Notes: generated by a model from the sequence alone, not told the origin. Shown: positions 47,639 to 58,064, counted from the first letter of the stretch. The stretch: DNA of 64,000 nt from Candidatus Latescibacterota bacterium (GCA_965215195.1 CBDCDC010000001.1:256001-320000), one strand, 5' to 3'. Translations and numbers: made by a program.

Positions 47639-47690
47639 ATTCAAAATGTATGGGTAAAGAACAAGGGAGCTGACAACGGCTGGGGGACCG

Positions 47691-47746
47691 TTGACCAATA
47701 TCAGCAAAATCTTACCATATATAATCTTGTGTCATTTAAGCGTCAA
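47691..47746. promoter_or_regulatory. Overlapping divergent sigma70-type promoters (rlmN and M23 peptidase)
   Basis: Plus TTGACC-16-TACCAT; minus TTGACG-17-TATATA. Confidence 0.45.
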
Positions 47747-47757
47747 GGACTTTTAAG

Positions 47758-48819
47758 GTGACCAGTCGGCTCTACGACCTGAAGGCCATGCTGCCCGGCG
47801 AGCTCGAACAGCTCGTCGGCGAGCTTGGAGAACCCGCGTACCGCACCCGTCAGATCCTCAATTGGCTCTACGCCAAGGGCGTGCGCGACGTGCGCGAGAT
47901 GACCAATATCTCCAAAATTTTGCGGGGCAAGCTGGCCGAGCGGACGCGCATTACTTGGCTAAACCTCGTCAGGCGTCAAGAGTCGGCCACGGGCGAGGCC
48001 GTCAAATTCCTCTTTGAGCTGCCCACCGGGCAGCGAATCGAGTCCGTGCTGATCGCCGATGGCACCCGGCGCACGGCGTGCCTGTCGTCGCAAGTGGGCT
48101 GCCCACTCGACTGCAAGTTCTGCGCCACCGGAAGGATGGGGATGATCGCCAACCTCGAAGCCGGGCAGATCGTCGATCAGCTCTTGCAAGTGAACCACTT
48201 CGCCCGCGGGCGCGGCGCGAAGGTGACCAATGTGGTGATGATGGGGATGGGCGAGCCGCTACTCAACTACTCGGCGGTTGCGCGCGCCCTAAAGCTGATG
48301 CGCCTAAAAGAGGGCATTGGGTTGGGGGGGCGGAAAATCACGGTATCCACCGCGGGTTATATCCCGGGCATCCGCCGGCTCATGGCCGAAGATCTCAACG
48401 TGGGGTTGGCCATTTCGCTCAACGCCACGACCGACGAGGTGCGCGAGCAGCTCATGCCGATCAACCGCAAGTACAAGATCGCCGACCTCTTGGCGGTCGC
48501 ACGCGAATTTTTCGCCTGTCGCGGCTATGGCGTCACCTTTGAATACGTGCTCATGGCCGGGTTGACCGATGCGGACGCTGATGCGCGGCGGCTGGCCGCA
48601 CTGACCCGCGACATTCCCTGCAAGATCAACCTCATACCCTACAACGAAACGGCTGCGGACCGCCGCTTCCGCCGACCTGCTCGCCGGCGTCTAGAGCAAT
48701 TTTACCAAGTGCTCAGAGGCTGCGGCATTGAGTTTACCGTGCGCCACAGCCGCGGGCGGGACATCGACGCGGCCTGCGGCCAACTCTACCACCGGCAGAA
48801 AAACGAGTTGGAGTCGTGA
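47758..48819 (+). CDS. rlmN: 23S rRNA m2A2503 methyltransferase (radical SAM)
   Basis: CLSSQVGCPLDCKFCATG, MGMGEPLLN, INLIPYN, RGRDIDAACGQL. Confidence 0.96.
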   Translation: MTSRLYDLKAMLPGELEQLVGELGEPAYRTRQILNWLYAKGVRDVREMTNISKILRGKLAERTRITWLNLVRRQESATGEAVKFLFELPTGQRIESVLIADGTRRTACLSSQVGCPLDCKFCATGRMGMIANLEAGQIVDQLLQVNHFARGRGAKVTNVVMMGMGEPLLNYSAVARALKLMRLKEGIGLGGRKITVSTAGYIPGIRRLMAEDLNVGLAISLNATTDEVREQLMPINRKYKIADLLAVAREFFACRGYGVTFEYVLMAGLTDADADARRLAALTRDIPCKINLIPYNETAADRRFRRPARRRLEQFYQVLRGCGIEFTVRHSRGRDIDAACGQLYHRQKNELES

Positions 48820-49337
48820 ACTTCAAGGGCCATGTTGTGGGCGGGATCGTCGCGGGTAGTGGGGTGGCGGCAGGCGCGGTTTACTCCGGCTATGTTGCGC
48901 CCGACGACCTGACGACCCAAGCGGCCATCGCCGGCACCGCCCTGTTCTTTTCCCTCTTTCCCGACTTGGACACGGCTTCGGTGGTGCAACGGTGGTTTTT
49001 CCGCGGCGTCTTCTGCGCCTTGCTCTATCTGGGCTGGAGCGAACACTACGAGCTGGCGACTATCGTGGGCCTCTTGTGCGTCCTACCGCTTTTGGATCAC
49101 CACCGCGGCTGGACGCATTGGAAGATCAGCCCGTTCATCACCGTAGGGCTGTTGGGCACGACCTACGAGTACTGGCGGGCGCGGCAGGCTTTTTTAGGGG
49201 AATTTACTTGGGACAACGTACGCACCCTGCTCGAAGGGCACTGGGTTTTCTTCATTGCCTGCATCGTCGGCTGGTACACCCACCTATTGCTAGACGGGCG
49301 CTTCAAGATATTCCCCACCGGCCAAGACCACCACTGA
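48816..49337 (+). CDS. Membrane-bound metal-dependent hydrolase family protein
   Basis: FKGH, FPDLD, HRGWTH, YTHLLLD. Confidence 0.8.
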   Translation: MNFKGHVVGGIVAGSGVAAGAVYSGYVAPDDLTTQAAIAGTALFFSLFPDLDTASVVQRWFFRGVFCALLYLGWSEHYELATIVGLLCVLPLLDHHRGWTHWKISPFITVGLLGTTYEYWRARQAFLGEFTWDNVRTLLEGHWVFFIACIVGWYTHLLLDGRFKIFPTGQDHH

Positions 49338-49343
49338 AGCGGC

Positions 49344-49718
49344 TCAGTCGCGCTCGGCCTCGGCGTCTTTTCCCTTCTTCTTATCGACGAACTTCTTGAG
49401 CTTGGCGATGGCCTCGGGCACCAGCCCGACGATGTGACCCCAACCGGCCTCCTGATCGCCGATGGACGCCACCTGCACCCTGCCATCGGCATCGACGATG
49501 AGGAAGGCGATGGGTTCGATGTTCGCGCCGCCGCCCGTCCCGCTCTGCCCCTTGCCCTCCAGCCCTCCGCCGGCCCCAAAGCCAAACGATATTTTCGATA
49601 CCGGAATAATGGTCAAGTTGCCGGCCTGAAACGGCTGCCCGATGACGGTTTCGGTTTGCACGATGCGGTGCAACTCGCCCAAGACGCGCTCGACTAGGGA
49701 TTCTACGGACGATGCCAT
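49344..49718 (-). CDS. ytfJ: YtfJ/GerW family protein
   Basis: TVIGQP...IIPVSKISFGFGAGGG...GGGANIEPIAFLIV. Confidence 0.9.
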   Translation of the reverse strand: MASSVESLVERVLGELHRIVQTETVIGQPFQAGNLTIIPVSKISFGFGAGGGLEGKGQSGTGGGANIEPIAFLIVDADGRVQVASIGDQEAGWGHIVGLVPEAIAKLKKFVDKKKGKDAEAERD

Positions 49719-49733
49719 GAAAAGCTCCTCGGC

Positions 49734-50396
49734 TTAGATCGGGGTGCGGAAGCGCGCGGCCAACAAGCGGTAGGCCACCTGCGAGCCAAAGCGCCCCAAG
49801 AGCAAAAGCAACAAGCCCAAGTGCAAATGAGCGACCAAGTCCAAGCGGCCAAAGGCCCCTGCGCACACAAAATCCGGGCTGACGTTTATTTGTATCTTTC
49901 CCTTGCGCGCTGCAACTGCCTGTAAATAGCCATAGACCCGCCCGGTTTGGCCCGGGTCGGCAAAGCCCAAACGGCCCTCGATCCGCAGCCGCTTGAGCCG
50001 AATGGTGCGCGGCAAGCTCGCCAATAGCCTAAGGCTGGGCTCGATCAGCAGGCGCACGAGCGCACGCAGGTTCCGCTTGCGGGCTTTAGGCGCAGCCTCT
50101 TGCTCGGCTTTGCGCCGCGCTTTTGGCCGGCGCTTCACTTGGGGCCGCAGCGGCAGCAAGGGATACGGCAAGAATTGACCCAAGAGCACGGGCGCGATGC
50201 AAAGGCCCTTGGGGCCCCATCGCAGCCCCAGCCCTAGCCCTCCCCAAAAAAAGGACAGCCGCACGCCCCATTCCCAAGACTCCGGCAGCCCCTCGCGCTG
50301 GCAGCGCAAGGCAAGGGTCATGGGGGCCCACAGCGCGGCGAGGCCGAGCGCGGCGAGCGCGGGGAATAGCCAATCTAGCACGGCTTTTGCTGCCAT
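49734..50396 (-). CDS. DUF2953/YtfI-like protein
   Basis: N-terminal TM, GFADPGQTGRVYG, VSPDF; upstream of ytfJ; start uncertain. Confidence 0.7.
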   Translation of the reverse strand: MAAKAVLDWLFPALAALGLAALWAPMTLALRCQREGLPESWEWGVRLSFFWGGLGLGLRWGPKGLCIAPVLLGQFLPYPLLPLRPQVKRRPKARRKAEQEAAPKARKRNLRALVRLLIEPSLRLLASLPRTIRLKRLRIEGRLGFADPGQTGRVYGYLQAVAARKGKIQINVSPDFVCAGAFGRLDLVAHLHLGLLLLLLGRFGSQVAYRLLAARFRTPI

Positions 50397-50445
50397 GCCG
50401 CGTTCCAATCCGGCCGGCCGCTAAACTGCACGACAGCGGTTGAGT

Positions 50446-50682
50446 TCAGCCGGGCAAGCGGGACAAGATCAGCGTCCCCAACCCTAAAAGCGTCGTTAGC
50501 TGGCTGCCGATTAGTTAGCGGAAGTCTCGGCATTGGTCTTGCCGCAGGGCGTCAATGGCGCACTCGACGCTATCTATCCGCTTCTCAATGCCGTCCAGTC
50601 GCCGGTCTAACAGCTCGGCCATACCCCCCAAGCGGCCAATGCGCCGGTCGTGATCTTGGGCTTGCGCGATGGGGTCGGGCAT
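50446..50682 (-). pseudogene. Small coiled-coil plus C-terminal TM protein interrupted by in-frame TAA
   Basis: RBS GAGGAG; ...LDGIEKRIDSVECAIDALRQDQCRDFR*LIGSQLTTLLGLGTLILSRLPG*. Confidence 0.65.
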
Positions 50683-50796
50683 AGTATGCGTCTCCTCGTG
50701 TGGGCCGGGGCACAACGGCCAAGCTGATTTGTACAACCTATCCGAGTGCGCCGGTTCAGTCAAGCCTTTCTACGGCTGCCAACAGGGGCTTCGGCC

Positions 50797-50825
50797 TTGA
50801 CAGGACCCGCGTCGTACGTTAGGCT
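50797..50825 (+). promoter_or_regulatory. sigma70-type promoter
   Basis: TTGACA-17-TAGGCT upstream of the 50916 gene. Confidence 0.5.
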
Positions 50826-50915
50826 TGGATCGGACGTAAGTTATAGTTAAAAAGTAAGTTAGGCTTTTTTGGTCAAGGGGTCAGTACGCGGAAATAGCAA
50901 AGAGGAACGAACCGA

Positions 50916-52664
50916 ATGGCAACCCGAAGGACAGTGGGAAGGCGCGGCCTTCAGGGCGCGGGCAGGTATTGGCGCGGGCTAGGGGTGGTCGTGGCGCTGT
51001 GGGCGGCCGTGGTGCCGGCGAGCGCCCGCTCGACGCTCAGTGTGCGCTTGGACCAACCGGCGATTGCCGGGCCGGCCTTGGACCAGCAGTCCATCCTCTA
51101 TTTGCACTACTTCCCCGGCGATGGCGAAGCCATAGTAAGCGCCCGGCTACGGTGCCTCGGGAACGTGCGCTTGCAGAGCGTCCGCTCGGCGCTAGGCCAA
51201 GCCCAGCTAGAGGCCGCGTCCGTCGGCATAGACTATGCGGCGCGGCCCTTGGCCGGGGCACCCATCGACACCCTCTACATTGGCCTAGTCGCCGCTGAGG
51301 TGGGAAAAATCGGCTGGTCCGCGGCGATTCAGTCCTCGCTCAACCCACAGGGCACTCCGGCCCATCAGGTCGAATTCGACCTAGCGGTGCGCCCGCCGCC
51401 GGCTGTTTCGTGGTCCATTGAGCCGCAGCGGGTCTATCAGGGCGAGCACTTTGACTTGCGTGCGATTGTGCGCTTTGACGCGGCCTCCGGTCCGCCCTTA
51501 GAAGATCTGAGCTGGGCTTGGCCGCCGGAACTTAGCTGGCCGGAGGGCGACGCCCCGCAGCGCTGGGAGGGCAGCTTGGCCCCCGGGCAGGCCGACACGC
51601 TCTCTTGGGCAGTGCGCGTGGCTTCGGCCCACCTCGGCCCCCTGCCATTGGCGGTCTCCGCGCGGGTCGCCGGCCAGAGTCCGGTGGACTTGGCGGCCCA
51701 GCACTTGCAGGTAGATCCGCTGCCCGTGATGGCGTTGGAGCCTGAGTTTATGGAGGTGGGCAAGCGCGGGCCAATCACCTGCGTATGGCGCAACGAGAGC
51801 GCCGACCCCATCGGCCTTGTGACTCTGCGCCTGCAAGTGGGGCCGACGTTTTCGGATGTCTCCTTGGTGGAAGGGCCGCCGGGCGCGGCTCTCGTCCAGA
51901 GCGACGCGGACGCGGCACCCAGCCTGTTAGTGAGCGGCTTGGACAGCTTGGACGCGGGCGCGGCGATCCAGGTGACGCTCGAGACCGTGCCGCAGCGCCC
52001 GGGGCCTTTTACTTGGCAGAGCGCTTGTAAGCCCTTGGGGCGAGAGCACTTCATTCCCCTGCGCGGCGCGAACACCGTCCGCGTAGTGTGGAAAGGAACG
52101 GCCCCGGCCCAAGGCCGCGACAGGCAAACGCCCACGGACTTGCAGTTGATCAACCAGGCCTTTGTCCTCGCCTTAGACCACCAAATGGATGCCCTGCCCC
52201 TATCCCCGGGTACGCGGCTTTTTCTTGAAGCCGAAGACCACAAAAACGAGGCCAATTGGGTCGTCGAGGACGCCCTGATCGAGGCATTGCAGGGGCGGGG
52301 CTATCAGGTGCTCGTGCGCCAGCCGGAAGACGCGTCCGCCGACGTGTGCTACTACCGGCTGGTCAGGGCGCGGGTGGTGTATTCGCCGACCGCCCGGCGG
52401 CTACTCCCCTGGAGCAACGAGCAGCGGCGCGAGGCGTATGGCGATCTCTTTCTCAGAGTCGAAACGGCCGCAGATCGCATCGTGCGCTGGGACCGCCGCG
52501 TCCAAGCCTATAGCGTGGACGTGGTGGCCAAGGGGTTGCACGAGGTCTTAGGCGGGGGGGACATGGTCGAACAAACGGTGATCAAACCAGAAAACAAGGC
52601 CATCGTGCGCGGCCTATCGGCCGGCATTCTCGGCGGATTGTTCTACATCTTCTTCATTTTGTGA
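50916..52664 (+). CDS. Exported hypothetical protein with beta-rich domains and C-terminal hydrophobic anchor
   Basis: RBS GAGGA; signal peptide (VPASA), C-terminal GILGGLFYIFFIL. Confidence 0.7.
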   Translation: MATRRTVGRRGLQGAGRYWRGLGVVVALWAAVVPASARSTLSVRLDQPAIAGPALDQQSILYLHYFPGDGEAIVSARLRCLGNVRLQSVRSALGQAQLEAASVGIDYAARPLAGAPIDTLYIGLVAAEVGKIGWSAAIQSSLNPQGTPAHQVEFDLAVRPPPAVSWSIEPQRVYQGEHFDLRAIVRFDAASGPPLEDLSWAWPPELSWPEGDAPQRWEGSLAPGQADTLSWAVRVASAHLGPLPLAVSARVAGQSPVDLAAQHLQVDPLPVMALEPEFMEVGKRGPITCVWRNESADPIGLVTLRLQVGPTFSDVSLVEGPPGAALVQSDADAAPSLLVSGLDSLDAGAAIQVTLETVPQRPGPFTWQSACKPLGREHFIPLRGANTVRVVWKGTAPAQGRDRQTPTDLQLINQAFVLALDHQMDALPLSPGTRLFLEAEDHKNEANWVVEDALIEALQGRGYQVLVRQPEDASADVCYYRLVRARVVYSPTARRLLPWSNEQRREAYGDLFLRVETAADRIVRWDRRVQAYSVDVVAKGLHEVLGGGDMVEQTVIKPENKAIVRGLSAGILGGLFYIFFIL

Positions 52665-52667
52665 TCT

Positions 52668-54902
52668 TCAAAACCTCTGAATATGCCGAGGGTCCTGCTC
52701 TTGGGGCCGTCCGTGCCGGGGGCACGTGCTCGGCAGAACCTCTCCAGCGATGAAGAGCTCCTCTTGCCGATTGGGACAAAAGCGGGTGGCGATCTTGTAG
52801 GTGTCGTTGCAGACCGAGCGGCGCACGACGAGGTCCGTTGGGTACTCGAACCCGCGATTTCTCAGGCTGCGATAGGGTTCCACGCTCGCATACACCTCCT
52901 TCATAAACCGCGCCCACAAAGGCAAGGCCGCCGCAGAGCCGGCCTGCTTCGGCCACAGGCGCAGGCTGGGGTCGTCTAGCCCGACCCAGACCCCAGCTAC
53001 GAGATCGGGGGTGAAGCCGATGAACCACGCATCCGTGTAGTCGTTGGTCGTGCCGGTTTTGCCGGCCGCTTGGGGCCGGAAGTCGTAGGACGTGCGGATG
53101 CGGCGTCCAGTGCCGCCGACTTCATCGACGACCGAGCGCAGCATGTCCGCGACAACCACGGCCACGGCCGGCCGCAGCACCTCCTGCTTGCGACCGCTTT
53201 CCCGCGTAAAAAAGACGTCGCCGTCCTTGCTCTCCAAGCGGCTGATGGCCACAGGCTCAACGTAAATACCCTTGTTGGGGAAAACCGCGTACGCGGCCAC
53301 CAAGTCGAGGAGTAGCACCTCGCTGGTGCCAATGCCGATGGAGGGGATGGCGTGGATGGGCGTGGATATGCCCATGTTGCGGGCGTAGCTCCGAATCAGA
53401 GACGGGCCGAGTTCGTCGGCCAGCTTGATGGCGATGAGGTTGCGCGACTGTTTCAGCCCTTCGCGCAGCGTCATCGGCCCCTTGAACTTCTTGTCGTAAT
53501 TTTCGGGGTTCCAGAACTGCTCGCGCCGGTGGTCCCAGAGCGTAAAGGCATTGTCGTCGAGTATATCTACTGCAAAGCGGTTGTTGTCGATGGCGGCCGT
53601 GAACACAAAGGGTTTGAACGCGGACCCGGGCTGCCGCTTGGCCTGGGTGGCGCGGTTGAATTTGCTGCGGCTGAAGTCGCGGCCCCCAATCATGGCCAAG
53701 ATGTGGCCGGTGGCCGGATCCATAACCACGAAAGCGGCTTGGACTACGGCCGAGTCGCGCACGCTCTGGGCCGCGCCCACGGCTTTTAGATACTGATCTA
53801 CCTTTTTCTGCACCTTGCTTATTTCAATGGCAAAGTGCTTTTCGGCGATCTGCTGCAAGCGCGAGTCGAGGGTGGTGTGGACCACAAAGCCCTCGCGATA
53901 GATGGCCATGCCAAACTCGCGCTGCATCTGCTGGCGGACGTGCTCGACAAAGTACGGGGCTATGCCATAGGTCTCCTCGCGGCTACCCCGGCGGGCGGCG
54001 ATGGGTCTGTTGCACAGGGAATCGCGCTCAGCCGGCGTAATCGCGCCGTTGTCGGCCATGCTGTACAGCACCAGATTGCGGCGCTTGCGGGCGCGTTCCG
54101 GGTGGCGCAGGGGGGTATAATTATTGGGCGCCTTGAGCAGCCCGGCGATCAGGGCACTCTCTGCTAACACGAGCTGATCAACTTCCTTGTCGAAATACAA
54201 GCGCGCCGCCGACTTAATCCCGTAGGCACCGTGGCCGAAATAGACCGTGTTGAGGTACATAGTCATGATCTCGGGCTTGGTGTACAGGCGCTCGATGAAG
54301 ACGGCGGTGATCTGTTCGCGGAACTTGCGCACGTACGTGGCCGCCACATCCGCAAAGGAAGCACTGCTGCGCTGGGTGCCGACTTCGGCGAAGATGTTGC
54401 GGGCGAGCTGCTGGGTGATGGTGCTGCCCCCTTGGCCGACGATGAGCATGTCCCTGAGGTTGGCTAGCACCGATCCGAAGATGCGGCGGCTGTCAATGCC
54501 CCAATGCGAGAAGAAGCGCTGGTCCTCAATCGCGAGGAGGGCGGCCTGCATGGACGCGGGGATTTCCTCATAAGTGACGATTTCGCGGTTTTCCTCGAGG
54601 AAGTCCTGCAAGTGGCGGCCATCGGCCGAATACACGTTGGTGACCCGCTTGGGCTGGAAGCTCCAATCGTCGATGTCGGGCAAGTTGTCGTTGAAGATCA
54701 GATAAGCCCCCACGCCGACAACCGCGTACAAGGCGAAGAAGCAAGCAGTGTAGATCAGCAGCTTCTTGAGCAGTGAGAGGCTAACCGCGCCTTTTGCCCC
54801 TTCTACTACCTTGCCCAGAAGCTCTCTATTCACATTGCTCAGTAAGCGGCCAATCGCACGTCTCGCTCCTTCTACCACCCTGCCCAGAAGCTCTCTATTC
54901 AT
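52668..54902 (-). CDS. mrcA: Class A penicillin-binding protein (PBP1A family)
   Basis: EDQRFFSHWGID, GGSTITQQLA, RQPGSAFKPF, SRN, KTGT. Confidence 0.95.
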   Translation of the reverse strand: MNRELLGRVVEGARRAIGRLLSNVNRELLGKVVEGAKGAVSLSLLKKLLIYTACFFALYAVVGVGAYLIFNDNLPDIDDWSFQPKRVTNVYSADGRHLQDFLEENREIVTYEEIPASMQAALLAIEDQRFFSHWGIDSRRIFGSVLANLRDMLIVGQGGSTITQQLARNIFAEVGTQRSSASFADVAATYVRKFREQITAVFIERLYTKPEIMTMYLNTVYFGHGAYGIKSAARLYFDKEVDQLVLAESALIAGLLKAPNNYTPLRHPERARKRRNLVLYSMADNGAITPAERDSLCNRPIAARRGSREETYGIAPYFVEHVRQQMQREFGMAIYREGFVVHTTLDSRLQQIAEKHFAIEISKVQKKVDQYLKAVGAAQSVRDSAVVQAAFVVMDPATGHILAMIGGRDFSRSKFNRATQAKRQPGSAFKPFVFTAAIDNNRFAVDILDDNAFTLWDHRREQFWNPENYDKKFKGPMTLREGLKQSRNLIAIKLADELGPSLIRSYARNMGISTPIHAIPSIGIGTSEVLLLDLVAAYAVFPNKGIYVEPVAISRLESKDGDVFFTRESGRKQEVLRPAVAVVVADMLRSVVDEVGGTGRRIRTSYDFRPQAAGKTGTTNDYTDAWFIGFTPDLVAGVWVGLDDPSLRLWPKQAGSAAALPLWARFMKEVYASVEPYRSLRNRGFEYPTDLVVRRSVCNDTYKIATRFCPNRQEELFIAGEVLPSTCPRHGRPQEQDPRHIQRF

Positions 54903-57900
54903 AGTAGCCCTTGACCCAGCGCGTGTTGTATTCCTGCAGGTATTCTAAGTGCGCGCTGGTTTGCGGATAGTGCTCGCTCGCCGGGTACGGGTAGCCGGAC
55001 ATGCTGTGAAAGGGCAGCGGCCCGACCGTTAGCGAGTGCGCCGAGTGCAGGTCCATGTCCTTGCCAAAGCCATCGGCGTACAGCAGGAACGAACGCACGA
55101 GACCAGCCGCGGGCGGCGGCAAGGCGGCGAACTCAACGGTCAGTTCGTCGCCGTGGAACATGATGACAAAGCGGTCGTCAATGTCCTCGACCAGCTCCTC
55201 CACCGGGCCGAAGCGGGTGAAGGCTCCGGCGTGGGTGCCCCAAGGCGCTTCTAAGGCCAACTGATCGTAGTGGTAGCGGAAAGCAAAGGTGCCCTTGATG
55301 GACGTGTGGGCCGGGTAGCCGCGCCAGTGGAGATTGCTCCGCGCCGGTTGCAGGCGTTGGATTGTGAGGGGAACATCCGCAGCGTCGCCCACGAGCAGTT
55401 GGTCCCAGTAGAGCGCGGTGTTAGTCTCGATCCGCAGCCGGTAGTCGTCGGACGGGAACAGGCCGGCGAGGTCGAAGAGCGCGTGTTTGGGCAGGCCGGC
55501 CGGGCACCCCATATCCGCGCTGACTTCGACCCACCCCCCCTCGCCATCGGCTACGGACAAACGCGGCGGATACAGGGACAAGCCGCGCTGCGCCGCGCTC
55601 CAATTGGAAGTCGAATGCGCGTAGTCAACCCAGCCGTAGCCGAGCAAGACCGGATGGGCGAATTCGGACAGGTCGCCCAAGTTCAGCTCTAGGGCATGGT
55701 CTTCGGCATAGCCGTGTATGTCGAGCCGCGCGAATCCATCGCACCACTCGTCGTCGATCTCTTGCAGGGCGGCCAACACATCCGCGCCCCGATGGTCTTG
55801 GGCGGCCACCGGCGGGCGCAGCCCCCGCAGGGGATACAGCTTGAACTCTGGATAGGGCGGCGCCGAGAGCAGGCGCTCGTTGGGATATACGTCGAACTCG
55901 GGCGGATGATCGACAGCCACTAGTTCGAGGGCATCGACGTAAATGATTTCCTCGAGCTGGTTGGCTAGCTGCAAGACATAGTGGCCGTCTTTGGGGCCAG
56001 CGGCCCCAAGCGGACGTACTCGTCGGTGTCGGGCTGGTAGTACTGGCCCGGGGCGGTCAAATAGCCAATGATGGCCCCCCCTAAAATGTCGGTGACAAAG
56101 CGATAGCGCTCGCCATCCCAAGCGTAGAGAATGGGGCACGAAGTGCCCTTGCGGTCGAGCTCGGTCAGCTCCAGCCGCTGTCCGGCCCCGGTGGCCAACT
56201 CGGTCTGGCGCACGCCCCCGGGCCAGAGGATGCGGACGAATTCGACCGAGTCGCTCTGGGCCAAGCCGAAGTGAAGCGCGCCCGCGTATCCCTCGCTGCG
56301 GATCTCGCGCTTCTGCAGGCGGTGGGTGGTTTTCACCTCCACCTTGGCCCCCACGCCGTCGCGGTTGCTGTTGAGTCCTTGGGCGGCAATCTCGATCCAG
56401 TGCCCGCCCTCGCTTTGATTGTGCAGCACCCGGCCACCCGCCCAAATATCCACGCGGCCATCGCCGTTGAAATCGGCCATGAGCGCAGCCCCACCCGGCT
56501 CGTCGAGTGCGGGTTGCGGCTGGAACTGGCCGCCGCTGTACGCGAGCGGTTGCAGCCGCTCGTCCGCGCAGGCGAGCAGGTCGAGGTCGCCGTCGTTGTC
56601 GAGGTCGGCGGGGAGCAGTGCCCTGCCGCTGGTCGCCGCCGCCGCGGCCCGGACGAAGGCGCGGCCGGTTTGATTGATATGCGTCTCTACGCTGCCGCTA
56701 GTCGCGATAGCCAAGTCCATATAGCCATCTTGGTCGAAGTCCTCGACGGCCAAGCCCGCGCCCTGCACCGCACCCAAGCCCAAGGCCGCGGCGATTTCCG
56801 CGAACGTGCCGTCGCGATTGTTGGTTTGCACTTGCAGGCCCTCGGCCGCGAGGAGGACGATGTCCACGTCGCGATCGTTGTCGAGGTCGGAGAATACAGC
56901 GCGATCCGCCGCGACCGGACCGGCTGGTTGGCCCGTGGCCGCGAAGCGAGCCTCCCCGTCGTTGGCCAGCAGCGAGACGCGCGGGCCGAGCACCAGCAGA
57001 TCGAGGTCGCCGTCGTGGTCGGCATCGCCCAGCGCGACACCGGTTGAGGCCACGGACAGGTCTTCGCCGGCGGCCCATTGGCCGTTGGCCGCTCGATAGA
57101 GCAGAGTTCCGCCCGCACCGCTGAGGACCAAGTCGGCGGCCCCGTCGTTGTTGAGGTCGCCGGAGATCGCGCCGGTCGCTCCAAAGCCATCGGGGAGGAT
57201 CGGGGCGGGGAGCATTTCCCCTGTGCCACCGGCGTACAGGCGCAAGCCCTCGGCCCCGGCCAAGACGTCTGGCCGACCATCCGCGTCAAAGTCGCCCAAG
57301 GCGGCAAAGCGCATCGGGCCAGTCGCCGGGCCAGCCGCGGCAAAGGCAAAAGGCCCGGCCACGTCGTCCCGACTCGGATCGCCGCCACCGGCGTCGGCGA
57401 CGGCCTCGGCGTATTTGCCCTGCCCCTGATAGGACGAAGAAACGCCTTGGTGGCCGGCTTGGCTGAGCTGGTTGAAGTGCTCCAAGGTGCTTTTCCACTC
57501 CTCCTCGCGCCCGAGCCGCCGGTAGAGATTGGCCAACCCGTAATAGGCCGACACATTGTAGGGATCGAGGCGGATGGCCTCCTTGAAATCGGCGATGGCG
57601 GCCTCGCCCTCGTTTAGCTTGGCCCGCATCTGCCCCATGTAGTAGCGCACATGGGGGTCGTCGCGGTCGGCGGCCGCGACCTTTTGCAAGGCCGCGAGCG
57701 CTTTGCCGTGCTCCCGGCCTTGGGCGTTGTAGATCAGGCCCAGCGCGTAGTTGGCGTGGAGCAGCTCGGGATCGATGGCGAGGGAAGTTTGCAGGGCCGT
57801 GGCGGCGCTGTCGTACTTGCCGAGGGCATAGTACGCAATGCCTAAATTGGCCCGCGCCCTAGCGTAGTCCGGAGCCAAGGCAAGGGCGCGGGCAAACTCT

Positions 57901-58055
57901 TCCCGGCCGCGCGTGTAGTTGTGTTGATCCATGTACACCACGCCCTGATTGTTGTGCCAGCGCACCTTGGGCGGCCAAGCCGGCGGCCCCTGCTGACAGG
58001 CCACTCCCAAGAGGGCCGCGACGAGAGGCAGCACCTTGACGCTTGTACGGGGCAT
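54895..58055 (-). CDS. TPR + FG-GAP + ASPIC/UnbV-like lipoprotein, split by a -1 frameshift near 55990 (pseudogene, sequencing error or recoding)
   Basis: Frame 1: lipobox LLGVAC, TPRs, DxDxDG repeats, SNRDGVGAKVEV, LHFGL, KGTSCPILYAWDG; continues in -1 frame as PKDGHYVLQL...EEIIYVD...DGFGKDMD...YNTR. Confidence 0.85.
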
Positions 58056-58064
58056 GGTTATATT
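58036..58064 (+). promoter_or_regulatory. sigma70-type promoter of tRNA-Gly
   Basis: TTGACG-17-TATATT, 28 nt before the tRNA. Confidence 0.6.

Noticed and set aside
50515-50517. Alternative genetic code (TAA read-through)
   Set aside because: TAA, TAG and TGA all terminate conserved genes normally elsewhere in the window
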